From contig CBDAOI010000004.1 in assembly GCA_965198005.1 (NCBI GenBank), positions 896,001-960,000 on the forward strand: DNA of 64,000 bases, read 5' to 3'. This DNA is from Spirochaetia bacterium (GTDB lineage: Bacteria > Spirochaetota > Spirochaetia > SZUA-6 > Bin103). Under the pieces are notes generated by a model. That model was not told the DNA's origin. It saw only the letters and a list, made by a program, of their open reading frames with translations, and searched no databases. Shown one piece after another: positions 31,397 through 42,518 of the stretch. Numbering within the stretch: the first letter of the stretch is position 1; each line of letters starts with the position of its first letter. The position numbers were made by a program, and so were the translations under genes.

Positions 31397-32422
31397 TTGA
31401 CGGTTGTTGGAAGGGCTCGGCCGGTAGTTGCCGGGTTGTTGCTGGGCGCTTGGTTGTCGGGTGCTGCGGCGCTCGGCGTCGCCGACACGTATCCGGCCGT
31501 TCCGGGCATCGTGGACGTGACCAATCGCGGTTGGCCGAGGGAGGTGGAGACGGGTGAGGGCCTGGTACGCCTGGAGGCGCCGCCGCAGCGCATCCTGGCG
31601 CTGTCGCTCGGCCATGACGAGATGCTGCTCGCACTGGTGGGACGCGAGCGGCTGGCCGGCGTCGGGCCGCTCGCCGCCGATCCGACCTACTCCAACGTCG
31701 CCGACCACGTCACCGGGCTGGATACGCTGTCGTCGACGGACCCGGAGAGAGTCCTGGCGATGCGCCCCGACGTGGTGGTGGTTTCCCGCTATACCAAGGC
31801 GGACCTGGTAGCGCTGCTCAGGGAGGCGGGCGTGCCGGTGGTGCGCACCGCCCTGGAGAATTCAGCCGCCGGCAACATCCCCAACCTCCTGCTGCTGGGC
31901 TACCTGTTCGGCGTCGAGGAGCGTGCGCTGCAACTGACCGCGGAGATCGAGGAGCGCATCGCCCTGGTGACGGAACGGGTGCCGCCGCCGGGCGACCGGT
32001 CGGCGCCGATCGTGCTGGCGATCGCCCGGTTCGCGGACACGATCTACGCCGCCGGCGGCGGCTCCACCGAGGGCGGCATCATCGAGACGGCCGGCGCCGC
32101 GAACGCGGCTGCCCGGGCCGGGATCGACGGGCATCGGACGGTGAGCATCGAGTCGCTGGCGGCGCTGGCGCCGGACGTGATCCTGATCACCCAACCGGCC
32201 GAGTCGGGCGGTACGGCGTTGCGCGACGAGCTGCTCGCGGCGCCGGCTCTGGCCGCGGTTCCCGCGGTCGCGTCGGGACGGGTGCTGGTGGTGGAATCGC
32301 GCTACTACACCACGCTGTCGCACTGGAACGTGCGCGGCATCGAGGAGACCGCCCGGCTGCTGTACCCGGATCGCTTCAGCGACGTCCGCTTCGCCGACTT
32401 CGCACCCTACGAGGGGCCGTGA
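31397..32422 (+). CDS. btuF: Cobalamin ABC transporter substrate-binding protein
   Basis: PPQRILALS..DEMLLAL, ERVLAMRPDVV, PAVASGRV. Confidence 0.8.
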   Translation: MTVVGRARPVVAGLLLGAWLSGAAALGVADTYPAVPGIVDVTNRGWPREVETGEGLVRLEAPPQRILALSLGHDEMLLALVGRERLAGVGPLAADPTYSNVADHVTGLDTLSSTDPERVLAMRPDVVVVSRYTKADLVALLREAGVPVVRTALENSAAGNIPNLLLLGYLFGVEERALQLTAEIEERIALVTERVPPPGDRSAPIVLAIARFADTIYAAGGGSTEGGIIETAGAANAAARAGIDGHRTVSIESLAALAPDVILITQPAESGGTALRDELLAAPALAAVPAVASGRVLVVESRYYTTLSHWNVRGIEETARLLYPDRFSDVRFADFAPYEGP

Positions 32423-33249
32423 CCGGCATCGCCGGCAACAACGATCTGGCCGCGGACGGGGTGACGGTGCGCCTCGGCGGCCTGCCGGTGCTGCGATCGG
32501 TGTCGGTCGGCGCCCGCGCCGGCGAGGTGACCGGGGTGATCGGTCCCAACGGCGCGGGCAAGAGCACGCTGCTGCGCGTGCTGGCCGGCGTCCTGCGCGT
32601 CGACGCCGGCTGCGTGCGGCTGGGCGGCGTCGACCTGCAGGGCGTGCCGGCGAACGCCCGCGCACGGCGCGTGGCGTACCTGCCGCAGCAGGACGCGGTA
32701 CAGCCGTTCACCGCGCTGGAGACGGTGCTGATGGGGCGCTATCCCTACCTGCGGCGGTTCCAACTGGAGGGTCGGCACGACCGGCGGATCGCGCGTGCGG
32801 CGATGGCGCGCACCGAGACCGAGCGGTTTGCGCGGCGCAGCCTCGACCGGCTCTCGGGCGGCGAACGGCAGCGGGTGTTGCTGGCGCGCGCGCTGGCACA
32901 GCAGGCGGAGGTGCTGGTGCTCGACGAGCCGCTCGCCAGTCTCGACCTGCGCTACCGATTGGCCGTGATGGCGACCTTGCGGCAGGAGGCAGCGCGCGGC
33001 GTCACGGTAGTCGTGGCGCTGCACGACGTGGAGCTGGCCGGCCGCTACTGCGACCGGCTGGTGCTGCTGGCCCAGGGGACGGTCGCCGGTTGCGGCACCC
33101 CCCTGGAGGTGCTGGTCCCCGACCAGTTGCGGGCGGTGTTCGGGGTGGAGGCGGTGGTCTCTCGGGAAGCGGCGACCGGCGGCCCGCGGATCTGGCTGGT
33201 GGGCCCGAGCGAGCGCGCCGGCGCGGAGGCTGGCGATGGCGCCGGTTGA
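32419..33249 (+). CDS. btuD: Cobalamin ABC transporter ATPase
   Basis: GPNGAGKST, LSGGERQR, LDEP, LHD. Confidence 0.85.
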   Translation: MTGIAGNNDLAADGVTVRLGGLPVLRSVSVGARAGEVTGVIGPNGAGKSTLLRVLAGVLRVDAGCVRLGGVDLQGVPANARARRVAYLPQQDAVQPFTALETVLMGRYPYLRRFQLEGRHDRRIARAAMARTETERFARRSLDRLSGGERQRVLLARALAQQAEVLVLDEPLASLDLRYRLAVMATLRQEAARGVTVVVALHDVELAGRYCDRLVLLAQGTVAGCGTPLEVLVPDQLRAVFGVEAVVSREAATGGPRIWLVGPSERAGAEAGDGAG

Positions 33250-33421
33250 CCCGTGCGAGAGACCGCGCGCCGGACCGCACTGCACACTACCGCAATGGAC
33301 TCTCTTGAAAACCCGACCGACTCCTACGCGTCCTACGCGGCTTCCACGTGATGTTTTCGAGTATGTACGGTAAAGTGCGAGTCGCTTTCGGATGATCGCA
33401 CCAGATTCGTGAGGAGGTTTC

Positions 33422-33902
33422 ATGAGCCGAGAGAAGGACACGCGGAAGCCCGCCGAGAGCACAACCGCGACCGGCGAGACGTCCAGGGGATTCACGGACG
33501 AGGAACGAGCCGCGATGAGGGAACGTGCCCGAGAGTTGAAGGCGGAAGCGCGCGCGAACAAGAACAGGGAGGAAGGGGAAAGGGACGTACTCGCGAAGAT
33601 CGCCGAGATGCCGGAAACCGGATCGCGCCATGGCCGAGCGGCTCCATGCGATCATCAAAGCCAGCGCGCCAGCCCTTTCGCCGAAAACCTGGTACGGAAT
33701 GCCCGCGTATGCCAAGGGCGGCAAGGTCGTCTGCTTTTTCCAGAGCGCGCAGAAGTTCAACTTGAGGTACGCGACGTTCGGCTTCAACGACACGGCGAAC
33801 CTCGACGAAGGCGCCATGTGGCCGACCTCCTTCGGGCTGAAGGAGTTGACCGCCACCGAAGAGGCAAGGATCAGCGCGCTGGTGAAGCAAGCGGTGCGCT
33901 AA
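33422..33902 (+). pseudogene. DUF1801/YdhG-like protein with a 1-nt insertion near 33617
   Basis: [23 protein letters not shown], then (frame change at gaaA-ccg) [29 protein letters not shown]. Confidence 0.8.
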
Positions 33903-35332
33903 CTCACTTCCCGTACTTCGATCGTGAAGTTGCTGCCGAAGTCCTCGTCGTAGGATACGACTTCGAGATAGAGCCAGTCGCCGGAGAAGCTCTCGATCAG
34001 CGCTGACTTGTATTCGTTGCCGTTCATGTAGCCGGCCGAGGCCAGCTTCCTGCCATGGATGCCGTCATCGTACACCAGGAAATGGAACCGCCAGGTGCCG
34101 CGGACTTCCTCCTGGGTCACCTTGATCAAGTACATCGTTCCCGCAACTACGGGGATCTTGTAGTAGCTGTTTCCTTCGGCCTGCACCTGGCCAGCGTAGC
34201 TGGAGCCGGCTATGGTCAACGGGTCCCGTTCTTCACCCTCGTTGTCGAACAACTCCTCGATGACGTGGAGCTCGAAGTTGGCGCCCGATCCCTTGGTGTG
34301 ACTGCCATCCACGGAGAAGTAGAACCGCTCGCCGCCCGCCGTTACCGAGAGCACCTCATCCTCACCCCTGAGGTTGTCGGACGTGTCCTGAACGACGGCG
34401 AAATCGCCACTGTCGTCATGCGTGTACAGGTCGACGTCCAACGTCGGTGACAGGAGTTTGATAGTATAGGGACGACCGGGGGCAGACGCAAAGGAGTAAT
34501 AGCTCCTGCCGTCTCCCACCTCAGCCGCGATTTCCTCGCCGACCGGGACTTCGTACGGCGCTTCCTCCGAACCTTGATTCTGCAAGCGGTCGTGTTCTGC
34601 GACGGTCAGCGTAAACGGCGTTCCCGATGCACGATGGCGGCCGCGGACTTCGACGTAGAGGGCCTCGTTGGAGGCCACCAGAGTCACGAATTCGTCCTCC
34701 GTGTAGCGCTTGCTCGAGCGGGCCAGTTCGTCCTGGAATTGAGCGTCGGAATAGATGAACAGGTCGGCGTCCACCTGGAGCCCGTCGAGAGCGATTCGAT
34801 AGGTCGATCCGGCGGTCAGGTTGCCGAGCTCGTACAGGCTGGACCTGGTGCCCACCTGTCCCGCATAGGCAACCTCTCCATCGAGTCGGATCGGAGACAA
34901 CAGCGCGACTTCATCGACGTAGGTCTCACTCCTGGTCAGCAGCAGGTTGAATTCCGACTCCTTGAAGTCGTAGTTGTGGAGAACGAAGTACGCGGCTTCG
35001 GCTTTCGGCGTGAACAGTATCCGCTCGTCGTTGTGCTCGGCATTGGTCGACGAGGCGACGGAGTCCCGCAGGAAGGTGGCATCCGAGCCCTTGTAGTAGA
35101 GGTCGAGGTCGGCGGCGAGCCCGGTCAGGTCGATGCGGTATTCGACGCCCGCTTCCACTTCGGCCATGAAGTACTTGCGCTCGCGGTCGGCATCGGTTTT
35201 CCCGGAGTACTCCTGATCGACGGTCAGCACGATGGGGGCGGTCTTGTCATATCCTCGATTCGTGTCCTCGGCGTGGGCGAGAGTCGCGACCAGCGCACAG
35301 GCAATGAGAACGACAAGAGCTCGGTAGTTCAT
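33899..35332 (-). CDS. Secreted protein with about 4 PPC-like beta-sandwich repeats
   Basis: Signal peptide. Repeated G..Y.I.L.....D.DL..Y...S.....DE units. Confidence 0.75.
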   Translation of the reverse strand: MNYRALVVLIACALVATLAHAEDTNRGYDKTAPIVLTVDQEYSGKTDADRERKYFMAEVEAGVEYRIDLTGLAADLDLYYKGSDATFLRDSVASSTNAEHNDERILFTPKAEAAYFVLHNYDFKESEFNLLLTRSETYVDEVALLSPIRLDGEVAYAGQVGTRSSLYELGNLTAGSTYRIALDGLQVDADLFIYSDAQFQDELARSSKRYTEDEFVTLVASNEALYVEVRGRHRASGTPFTLTVAEHDRLQNQGSEEAPYEVPVGEEIAAEVGDGRSYYSFASAPGRPYTIKLLSPTLDVDLYTHDDSGDFAVVQDTSDNLRGEDEVLSVTAGGERFYFSVDGSHTKGSGANFELHVIEELFDNEGEERDPLTIAGSSYAGQVQAEGNSYYKIPVVAGTMYLIKVTQEEVRGTWRFHFLVYDDGIHGRKLASAGYMNGNEYKSALIESFSGDWLYLEVVSYDEDFGSNFTIEVREVS

Positions 35333-35495
35333 GATCCCTCCAAGATACTGAATGTCACGCGTACGAACCGGTTGCGCTCGTCGCCGACGCGCCGCGCCCA
35401 GCCGTAACCGTAGAACAGGACGTCACCGGCAGCATCAGCCATCCCGCCGCGGCGCTCCATCAGGCCGCCCGGCGCAGTGGCTGGCGGCGGCCGTA

Positions 35496-36245
35496 TCTAT
35501 CGTGCACGCGGTTGACATTAGTTCGATGTTTCGCTAAATATGCAAGCATGGCGAGCGACAGGTGGCCGTCGTGGTGCGCGCCTCGGGCAGCATCTCCCGG
35601 TCGCTCGCGGCGATCCCCGGTGGAAGACGCCGCCTCGACCTTTGCGGCGCTCGGGTCGGAGCAGCGGCTGGCGGTGCTGACTACCCTGGTGCGGGCCGGA
35701 CCGGAGGGCTGCTGCCGATCGGTACGCTGGGTGAGCGCACCGGGGTCACCGGATCGACCCTGACCCATCACGTGAACCACATGATGTTGACGAACAGAAT
35801 CCCGCACAGCGCGGCGCAGGTCACGTCGACCACTTCAAGTGCGCTCGGCGGGTCTGGTACACCGGGTCAAGCGCGGGCGCTCGATCATCTGCGCCGCGGT
35901 CGCCTATCCGAGGGTGCAGGCGTTGTCCGCCTACCTGCTGTCGGAGTGCTGCACCGACAGCTCGCACGCCGCATGCAGGAACCGAGCATGAGTGTCTATC
36001 GTGCACGCGGTTGACATTAGTTCATGTTTCGCTAAATATGCAAGCATGGCGAGCGACACGGGCAGCACGCTGGCGGTGGAAGACGCCGCCTCGACCTTTG
36101 CGGCGCTCGGGTCGGAGCAGCGGCTGGCGGTGCTGAATACCCGTGCGGGCGGGGCCGGAGGGCCTTACGCTTCCCGGCACCACGAACGAGCCATCGTGCT
36201 GCGGCGCTCGCATCTGCGCCGCGGTCGCCTATCCGAAGGTGAGGG
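35496..36245 (+). repeat. Tandem ~500-bp duplication of an arsR promoter and gene
   Basis: tctatcgtgcacgcggttgacattagttc(g)atgtttcgctaaatatgcaagcatggcgagcgaca at 35496 and 35995. VEDAASTFAALGSEQRLAVL and ICAAVAYP occur in both copies. Confidence 0.9.
35548..35991 (+). pseudogene. arsR: ArsR/SmtB regulator (frameshifted); second degraded copy at 36046 to about 36245
   Basis: FAALGSEQRLAV..LVRAGPEG / IGTLGERTGVTGSTLTHH / YLLSECC. Promoter TTGACA(35512)-17-TAAATA. Confidence 0.75.
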
Positions 36246-36249
36246 CCGC

Positions 36250-37317
36250 GCCCGCGTCTTCCGCGGAGCAGGTGTCGCGACCGGCGCCGAACCTGCGCCG
36301 GCTGTGGCAACGGGCCGACAAGGCGTGGCTGGCGATCGGGCTGGTCCCGCTGCTGCTGGCGCTGCTGGATCCCGCGCTGCTGTGTTGCCTGCGCTGCGCT
36401 TTGCCGGCGGCGCCATCCTGCGCACCGGCATGTTCATCGCCGGCGCGGTGCTGGCCGTGGCCTGGTTGAGGGCGACCGGCGCCGAGGCGCTGCTGAGCCG
36501 GGCGTTCACGGGACGGGAGTCGCGCATGATTTTCCTGGGCGCGCTGGTGGGCGGGCTGGCGCCGTTCTGCTCCTGCGAGGTGATCCCGTTCATCTCCGCG
36601 CTGCTGGCGGTCGGGGCGCCGCTGTCGGCGGTGATGGCATTCTGGCTCGCCTCGCCGCTGATGGATCCGGCGATGTTCCTGATCACCGCGGGCACGCTGG
36701 GCACCGGGTTCGCCGTGGCGAAGACGGTGGCGGCGGTGGCGCTCGGCCTGGGCGGCGGCCTGCTGGTCAAGGCGTGCGCCGGCAGCAGCCTGTTTGCCGA
36801 TCCGCTCAAGGCGCATCCGGTGGCCGGCGGTTGCGCGTCGGGCTGCGGGACGGCATGCGACACCGAGCCGTTGGCCGGGGGTCCGCAGTGGGCGTTCTGG
36901 CGGACGCCGGAGCGCCGACGGATGTTTCGCGACACCGCGGCCGGGAACGCGCTGTTCCTGCTGAAGTGGCTGCTGCTGGCGTACTTGGTGGAAGCGCTGA
37001 TGCTGGAGTACGTGCCGGCGGAAGTGGTCGCCACGGTGCTCGGCGGCGACGGGCTGGGGCCAATACTCCTGGGTGCGGTCGTCGGGGCGCCGGCCTACCT
37101 CAACGGCTTCGCCACGGTGCCGCTGGTCGAAGCGCTGCTGGCGCAGGGGATGTCGAACGGGGCCGCCATGTCGTTCGTCATCGCCGGCGGCGTGAGCTGC
37201 ATCCCGGCCGCGATTGCGGTCTGGGCGCTGGTCAAGCGGCGCGTGTTTGCCGCATACCTTGGCATCGCGCTGGTCGGCTCCGTGCTTGCCGGCATCGCCT
37301 GGAGCCTGATCGCCTGA
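36250..37317 (+). pseudogene. ArsP/DUF318-like permease, N-terminus frameshifted
   Basis: PFCSCEVIP, MAFWLASPLMDP, GAPAYLNG, GGVSCIPA. The N-terminal ADKAWLAI segment is in another frame. Confidence 0.75.
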
Positions 37318-37910
37318 CGATCCGCCGGGGCGCCCGAGGAGGATTCCGGCGAGCGGTTGCAGGCAGTCCATCGCCGCCAGCGAGCGAATGAATCGCTCCA
37401 GCATCTCCGGCGGCGGTGCCTCTTCGGAGGTCTCCAGAAACAGAACGGCGCCGGCCAGTGAATCCGCCGAGGGAAACACCGGCGTCCCCCGGAGCCAGTC
37501 CAATACCTCGACACAGCCGCCGAACAACCTGCCCTCGGCCACGCCCTCTCGCTGATGGAAGACCCAGCCCGTGCACGGATTGAGCTTGCGTCTGACGGAC
37601 TGATTGGAGGGATCCGTCCACTCCAGACGTTCCGTATCACGTCCGGATCGAGGTACGGCAGAAGGCGGATCGAATCGCCGCCGCCGATGGTGGCGATGAT
37701 GCCGTCGACGGCCGGGTCGGCGAACGCCGCCATCAGGTTCTCCGCCCGCGCCCGCGGGTTGCGTGCCAGCCATGCGGGGTCGCGCAGGGCGTGCGCGGTC
37801 TCGGTCACGGCGCCCCCGAACTCCTCCTCGAACTGCCGCTTGCCGGCGGCGTAGCGATGGGGAAACGCGCCCGGTCCGCCCCAGGACAGCGAGACCGCAG
37901 CTACGCGGCT
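37311..37910 (-). pseudogene. S66 peptidase (MccF/LD-carboxypeptidase) fragments
   Basis: VAAVSLSWGG..IIATIGGGDSIRLLPYLD joined out of frame to EGRLFGGCVEV..VLFLETSEE..GILLGRP. Confidence 0.8.
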
Positions 37911-38114
37911 GCGCGCCGCAATCGTCTCGGTTTGAACGTCGGGTTCGCTGTGGGCAGCGGTCTCACTGGGCGTCCGTGTATAGCACGGGCTGGGTGGCTT
38001 TGTCGCCGCACAGCACCGCCAGCGGCTGCCGGCCGTCGTCTGCCGCGGCACGGCGCGGGCGCCCCGGCCAATGGCACGCTGACTTTCCCGGCGCGGCCGC
38101 CTATGCTCAGCGGC

Positions 38115-38855
38115 ATGAATCTGGCTGACGATCCCATTGCGAACTACGTGCGGACTTCGAGCGATTGCGCGCGCGCAAGCGCTGGTCGGTGAACTCGGTG
38201 CCGTTCCGGTTCGTTGCGCTGAGCCTGGGCGCGGCGGCTGCCAGCATCGGCTATGACCGCGTGGAGCAGGTGGCGAACGAGCTGCGCAAGCGGGCGCGCT
38301 GGTCGAGCCCGTTGAAGTCGGAGATTCGCTACGTAGTGGCGGCGATGATTCTGCGCGCGGTCAGGATCCGGCCGCCATTCACGCCCGCGTGTTCGAAACC
38401 CGCGATGCCTTCAAGGCGCACAAGCTCCCCAGTCGCGGCATCGGTGCGACGCTGGCGGCGCTGTTGCTGGCCCTGCACCACAAGGCGGGTCCGGTTCCGC
38501 AGCAGCACATCGAACGGTTGGCGCGCATCTACCGCGGCTGGCGCCGTGAGCATCGCTGGCTGACCAGTTCCAGCGACCTGCCGGCGGCCGCGCTGCATGC
38601 CGCGCGCGACGTCCCGGTCGAGGTCCTGGCCGCGGCCGTGGAGCGCGCCTACACCCGCCTGAGCGACGCCGGATTCCGGCGCGGCAACCAGTTGCAGCTC
38701 GTGTCGCGTGTTGCACCATCGCGACCGTCTGCGCGCCGTCAAGCCGCGGCCGGAGAAGGCGGTGGCGTTCACGCTGGCCGCGGGCATCGAGTTGGCCGCC
38801 GACGCCGAGGTTGCGGGAGAACGCAACGCCGGCGACCTGGCGGCGCTGCAGTCAT
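38115..38855 (+). pseudogene. DUF4003-like protein fragments
   Basis: Pieces in three frames: SSPLKSEIRYVVAAM; YRGWRREHRWLTSSSDLPAAAL; GFRRGNQLQLVS. Confidence 0.5.
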
Positions 38856-39166
38856 GTTGGAGGCCTCGGATCAGGTCACTAGACAGGCATTCGCCTGGCC
38901 AAACACGTCTTCTCACTACAGCGTGAACCGAACAAGCTCTTGGAGCTTCCCCCGAGCAACACGATGGAAACCTCGGGAGACATGTGGACGAGATTCGTTC
39001 GAGCAGGGAGATGGGATGAGCCACTCGACGAAGATGACGATCGGGCGAAGGAGATTCTCGTGCTCTGTCGGCGCGGGCGTCATCCGGATCGCACATGACG
39101 CCGGGACGATGGCATCGTTCGATTCGCCCGGTCCCCTCGTCGTTCCAGGACAGCACGTCGCGCAGA

Positions 39167-39760
39167 CTACGCAACGGGGTTGTCCGCTCGGGGAGCGGCG
39201 GCGCGCTCCAGCACAGCCTGCAGTAACACGTTGCAGCCGGCGGCGCAGTCGTCGCGGGTGGCGTGCTCCAGCTCGCTGTGGCTGATGCCACCCGCGCACG
39301 GAATGAAGATCATCGCGGTCGGTACGCGGGCCGCGAGGTGGCCTTCATCGCCGTCAACCGCGCCTCCTCCGGGTGGCGCAGATCGACGCTGAACGCGACA
39401 CGGCCGGGAATGGGGTTGCGCGAGTTGGGGTGCGCAACGAGCGAGCCTACGGTGGCGCACGCGCCCGGCAGGTGGGAGTGGCCGATCCGGTTCACCGCCG
39501 CCACGATGCGCGCCGCTCCGAGCAGTGCGTCGCGGCGGTCCGGCATCGGGGTGGGTCCGGCATGCGCTTCGCGGCCGCTCACCACCAGGTCGAACCAGCG
39601 CTGTCCCTGGGCCCCGGTCACCACGCCGATGGTGGCCTTCTGCCGCTCCAGGACCGGCCCCTGCTCGACGTGCAGCTCGAAGTAGGCGCCGAACTCGGAC
39701 ACCGCCACCCGGTCATCGCCGCGGTAGCCGATGCGCTCCAGCTCCTCGCTGAACGTGAGT
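39167..39760 (-). pseudogene. M20 Zn-dependent hydrolase (allantoate/N-carbamoyl amidohydrolase type) fragments
   Basis: YFELHVEQGPVLE, HAGPTPM..RRDAL, ATVG..PNS.N.IPG, then out of frame PTAMIFIPC..GISHS..E. Confidence 0.8.
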
Positions 39761-40094
39761 TTCTCGGTGTCCGATCATCTTGGTGAGCTCTCTGAGGCGC
39801 TGCGCCGGGTGTTCGCGGGTAGATGCTGACCGGCTCGCACACCATTGCGGTTTCGGTAGTGGCGCTACCGGTATGGCTCCGTTCGGGCCAGCCGTCCGTA
39901 ATCCCGGTGATCTCGTCGATGAACCAGCACCGCCGGCCGCCGCGCGGCGTCAGCAGCCCCGCGGCGCTCACCAGCCGCCCCAGATCTGCCGCGCGCCAGC
40001 CGTGGACCGCGGCGTGCACGATGCCGCGGGGCGCGGTCCCGGAGGCACTCCTCAACCGAAAACGCGATCGTCACCGGCGGCAGCGTCCGTCTGT

Positions 40095-40559
40095 TTATTC
40101 GGTCGATGCTTTGGTGCGTTCGTCGATCCGGCCGATCTGAACCTTGATCTCTCCCACGTCTTTGGCCAAGTCGGTCAGGTCGGTGCGCACGCCGTCGATC
40201 TTGGCGGTCAGGTCGGTGCGTACGCCGTCGATCTTGGCGGTCAGGTCGGTGCGTACGCCGTCGATCTTGGCGGTCAGGTCGGTGCGTACGCCGTCGACCT
40301 TGGCATCTACCGCCTTGATGTCGGCATGCAACTCGGCGCGCACGCCGTCGATCTTGGCGGCTAGGTCGGTGCGCACGGCATTGATGTTCTCCCCGATCAG
40401 GGCATGGGCCTGCCGAGCTTCATCCCGGATGCTCTTGAATGGTCTGGTGATAGCGGCCGCGATCGCCACTACCGCTACTGCTGCACCCGATATTGCGGTG
40501 ACCGGACCCCACCACTCCACGCCATCGACCATACAGGCGGGACATACGATTGTCAACAA
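40095..40559 (-). CDS. Membrane-anchored coiled-coil protein with 11-aa repeats
   Basis: N-terminal TM segment, KIDGVRTDLTA repeats, C-terminal IGRIDER. Confidence 0.75.
   Translation of the reverse strand: MLTIVCPACMVDGVEWWGPVTAISGAAVAVVAIAAAITRPFKSIRDEARQAHALIGENINAVRTDLAAKIDGVRAELHADIKAVDAKVDGVRTDLTAKIDGVRTDLTAKIDGVRTDLTAKIDGVRTDLTDLAKDVGEIKVQIGRIDERTKASTE
40173..40304. repeat. 33-bp tandem repeat x4 (coding)
   Basis: Unit ggtcaggtcggtgcg(c/t)acgccgtcgatcttggc, with degenerate copies out to about 40378. Confidence 0.95.
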
Positions 40560-40774
40560 TATGGCGGCTCATGCAGCTCATGGCTGCTCCGGCACTCCCC
40601 TGACCGGCAAGCTGGGCCTGCCATCACGAGTAAGTGGGCCAAAGATACTGCCGGGCTGGCTGATCTGTCTGTCCGGCTGTGAGCGCGGTCATTGGCCCGA
40701 TGGCGCACGCGAACTGCCGGGCCGGCCGGCGGCGGCTGTGGGCGCGGGCGACGGCCCGGGTTATGGTGCATCGC

Positions 40775-41683
40775 ATGCAGCGCATGATCATCGACTGCGA
40801 TCCTGGACTGGACGATGCCATTGCCTTGATGCTGGCCCACCGCCACGCGCAACTGGTCGGGATCACCACGGTAAGCGGCAACGCGCCGCTCGAGGCCACC
40901 ACCGAAAACGCGCTCATGCTGACCGCGTTGCTCGGTTCGGAGGTTGCGGTCCACCGCGGCGCCGCGCGCCCACTGGCGGGTGAGCCGGTGCACGCCGGGC
41001 ACGTGCACGGCGAATCGGGTCTGGGAGACGTTGCCCGCGTGGCCCATGACCGCAAGCCGGCCAGTGATGATGCGGTCGGCTTTCTGTTGGAGGCCGTCGA
41101 CCGGGACGTCCGGGTCGTAGCGCTGGGCCCGCTGACGAACTTGGCGTTGGCGATCGAGCGCGATCCGACCTGGGTGGACCGCATCGCCGGGATCTCGTTC
41201 ATGGGGGGCAGCACCGCCGGCGGCAACGTGACCGCGGCCGCGGAGTTCAACGTGTTCGCCGACCCGGAAGCGGCCGCGCGGGTATTCGGCTCCGGCGCCG
41301 GCATCACCATGTGCGGATTGAACCTGACCCATCAGGTGCTGACCACCGACCCGCTGGTGGAGCGCCTGCGGGCGGCCGCGTCGCCGCTGGCGCAGTTCGC
41401 CGCGCAGGCCTTCGCCTTTCTGCACGATCGGCTGGAGGAGCTTGCCGGCAGTCGCCAAACCGCGCTGCACGATCCGTGCGCGGTGTTGGCGGTGACCCAC
41501 CCGGAGCTGCTCGAAACCGCCCCGCGCCCGGTCAGCGTGGAGCTCGAGGGCACGCTGACCCGGGGCATGACCGTGGTCGACGAACGGCCGGGCCGGCTCG
41601 GCGGCCGTCCGAACGCGCAGGTCGGCTACCGCATCGACGCGCGGCGGGCGCTGGAGGTGGTGCTGGCGGCCCTCGACGCCTGA
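40775..41683 (+). CDS. Nucleoside hydrolase (IUNH/Rih family)
   Basis: IIDCDPGLDDA, GPLTNLA, AEFNVFADPEAA, LHDP. Confidence 0.92.
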   Translation: MQRMIIDCDPGLDDAIALMLAHRHAQLVGITTVSGNAPLEATTENALMLTALLGSEVAVHRGAARPLAGEPVHAGHVHGESGLGDVARVAHDRKPASDDAVGFLLEAVDRDVRVVALGPLTNLALAIERDPTWVDRIAGISFMGGSTAGGNVTAAAEFNVFADPEAAARVFGSGAGITMCGLNLTHQVLTTDPLVERLRAAASPLAQFAAQAFAFLHDRLEELAGSRQTALHDPCAVLAVTHPELLETAPRPVSVELEGTLTRGMTVVDERPGRLGGRPNAQVGYRIDARRALEVVLAALDA

Positions 41684-41957
41684 TCCGTGCCGCCACGGAC
41701 GGTCTGATCCACCCCATGCGCCGTTTCACGGTCTTCCGTGTCACGGAGTGTTCGGACCTGTTGACACGTTCCGAGGAATGTGAGCACGCTTCCGCCGTCC
41801 ACGAGCACGTTACCGGGCCCGGGCATGGCGTCGTTGGCGGCACCCCGGGTCGGGCATCGCCTGATGCCCACGCCGACGAAACTTTGATGTTGAGGAGGTA
41901 GTTGTCAGTTGAGTGAAATACGTGCCCGTGTGAGGTTACACACGGGCTGACGCACAC

Positions 41958-41985
41958 GGGCCGCCCCACGGGGCGGCCCTTTATT
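41958..41985 (+). terminator. Intrinsic terminator
   Basis: gggccgccc-cacg-gggcggccc followed by tttatt. Confidence 0.75.
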
Positions 41986-41987
41986 GC

Positions 41988-42098
41988 CTACGGCGCCTCC
42001 CGCACGAGATTGTCCTGGCGTAGGAGACCCTGCCGCTGTGCCGTCGCAGCTTCGTTGACGATGAGGGGAACCAGAGCCGACGAATCCCAATACCGCAC
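41988..42098 (-). pseudogene. VapC/PIN toxin N-terminal fragment (36 aa)
   Basis: Hand translation from GTG: MRYWDSSALVPLIVNEAATAQRQGLLRQDNLVREAP*. Starts just after the antitoxin stop. Confidence 0.7.
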
Positions 42099-42102
42099 CG
42101 CT

Positions 42103-42345
42103 TCACCATCCGGTTTCACGTTCTGCCGCGATGAGGCGGCTGGCACTTACCCCTTCGGGCAGACTCGGGTTCGGGGAGGCAAGCAGTTGCTCCACGTCGC
42201 CGGGGGAGGTCGGTGGATCTACGATTCCCCGCAGTATCAGCTCCGCGGCAGCCCGGTAGTCTCCCAATGGATCGATGTAGTACGGGCGTATGCGAGCCAC
42301 TGGGTTGCCCCGCTTGGAAATCAATACGGTTTCTCCACCCGATTC
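42103..42345 (-). pseudogene. Phd/YefM-type antitoxin, N-terminus apparently lost
   Basis: GETVLISKRGNPVARIRP...LIAAERETGW. Confidence 0.65.
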
Positions 42346-42518
42346 AGAGGTGAAGTCGTTTACCGCGGTGAACGCTGCTGGTTTACTCGTCGTGGAGCGA
42401 TGCCAATCCAGGCTTGGTTCCAGTGATCCTGCCTGGTCGGACGGCCACGCAACACGTGCCCCACACAATTTTGCTATTCGTTCGGAGGCGATAGGGCCGT
42501 CGATTGCAGGCGGTGCGT

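Noticed and set aside
33605-33630. Programmed frameshift in the DUF1801 gene
   Set aside because: A single extra A in a short run, with no slippery heptamer or stimulator. Mutation or sequencing error.
40173-40304. CRISPR array
   Set aside because: The units are contiguous with no unique spacers, are a multiple of 3 and encode a peptide repeat. No cas genes. The same applies to 56615-56730.
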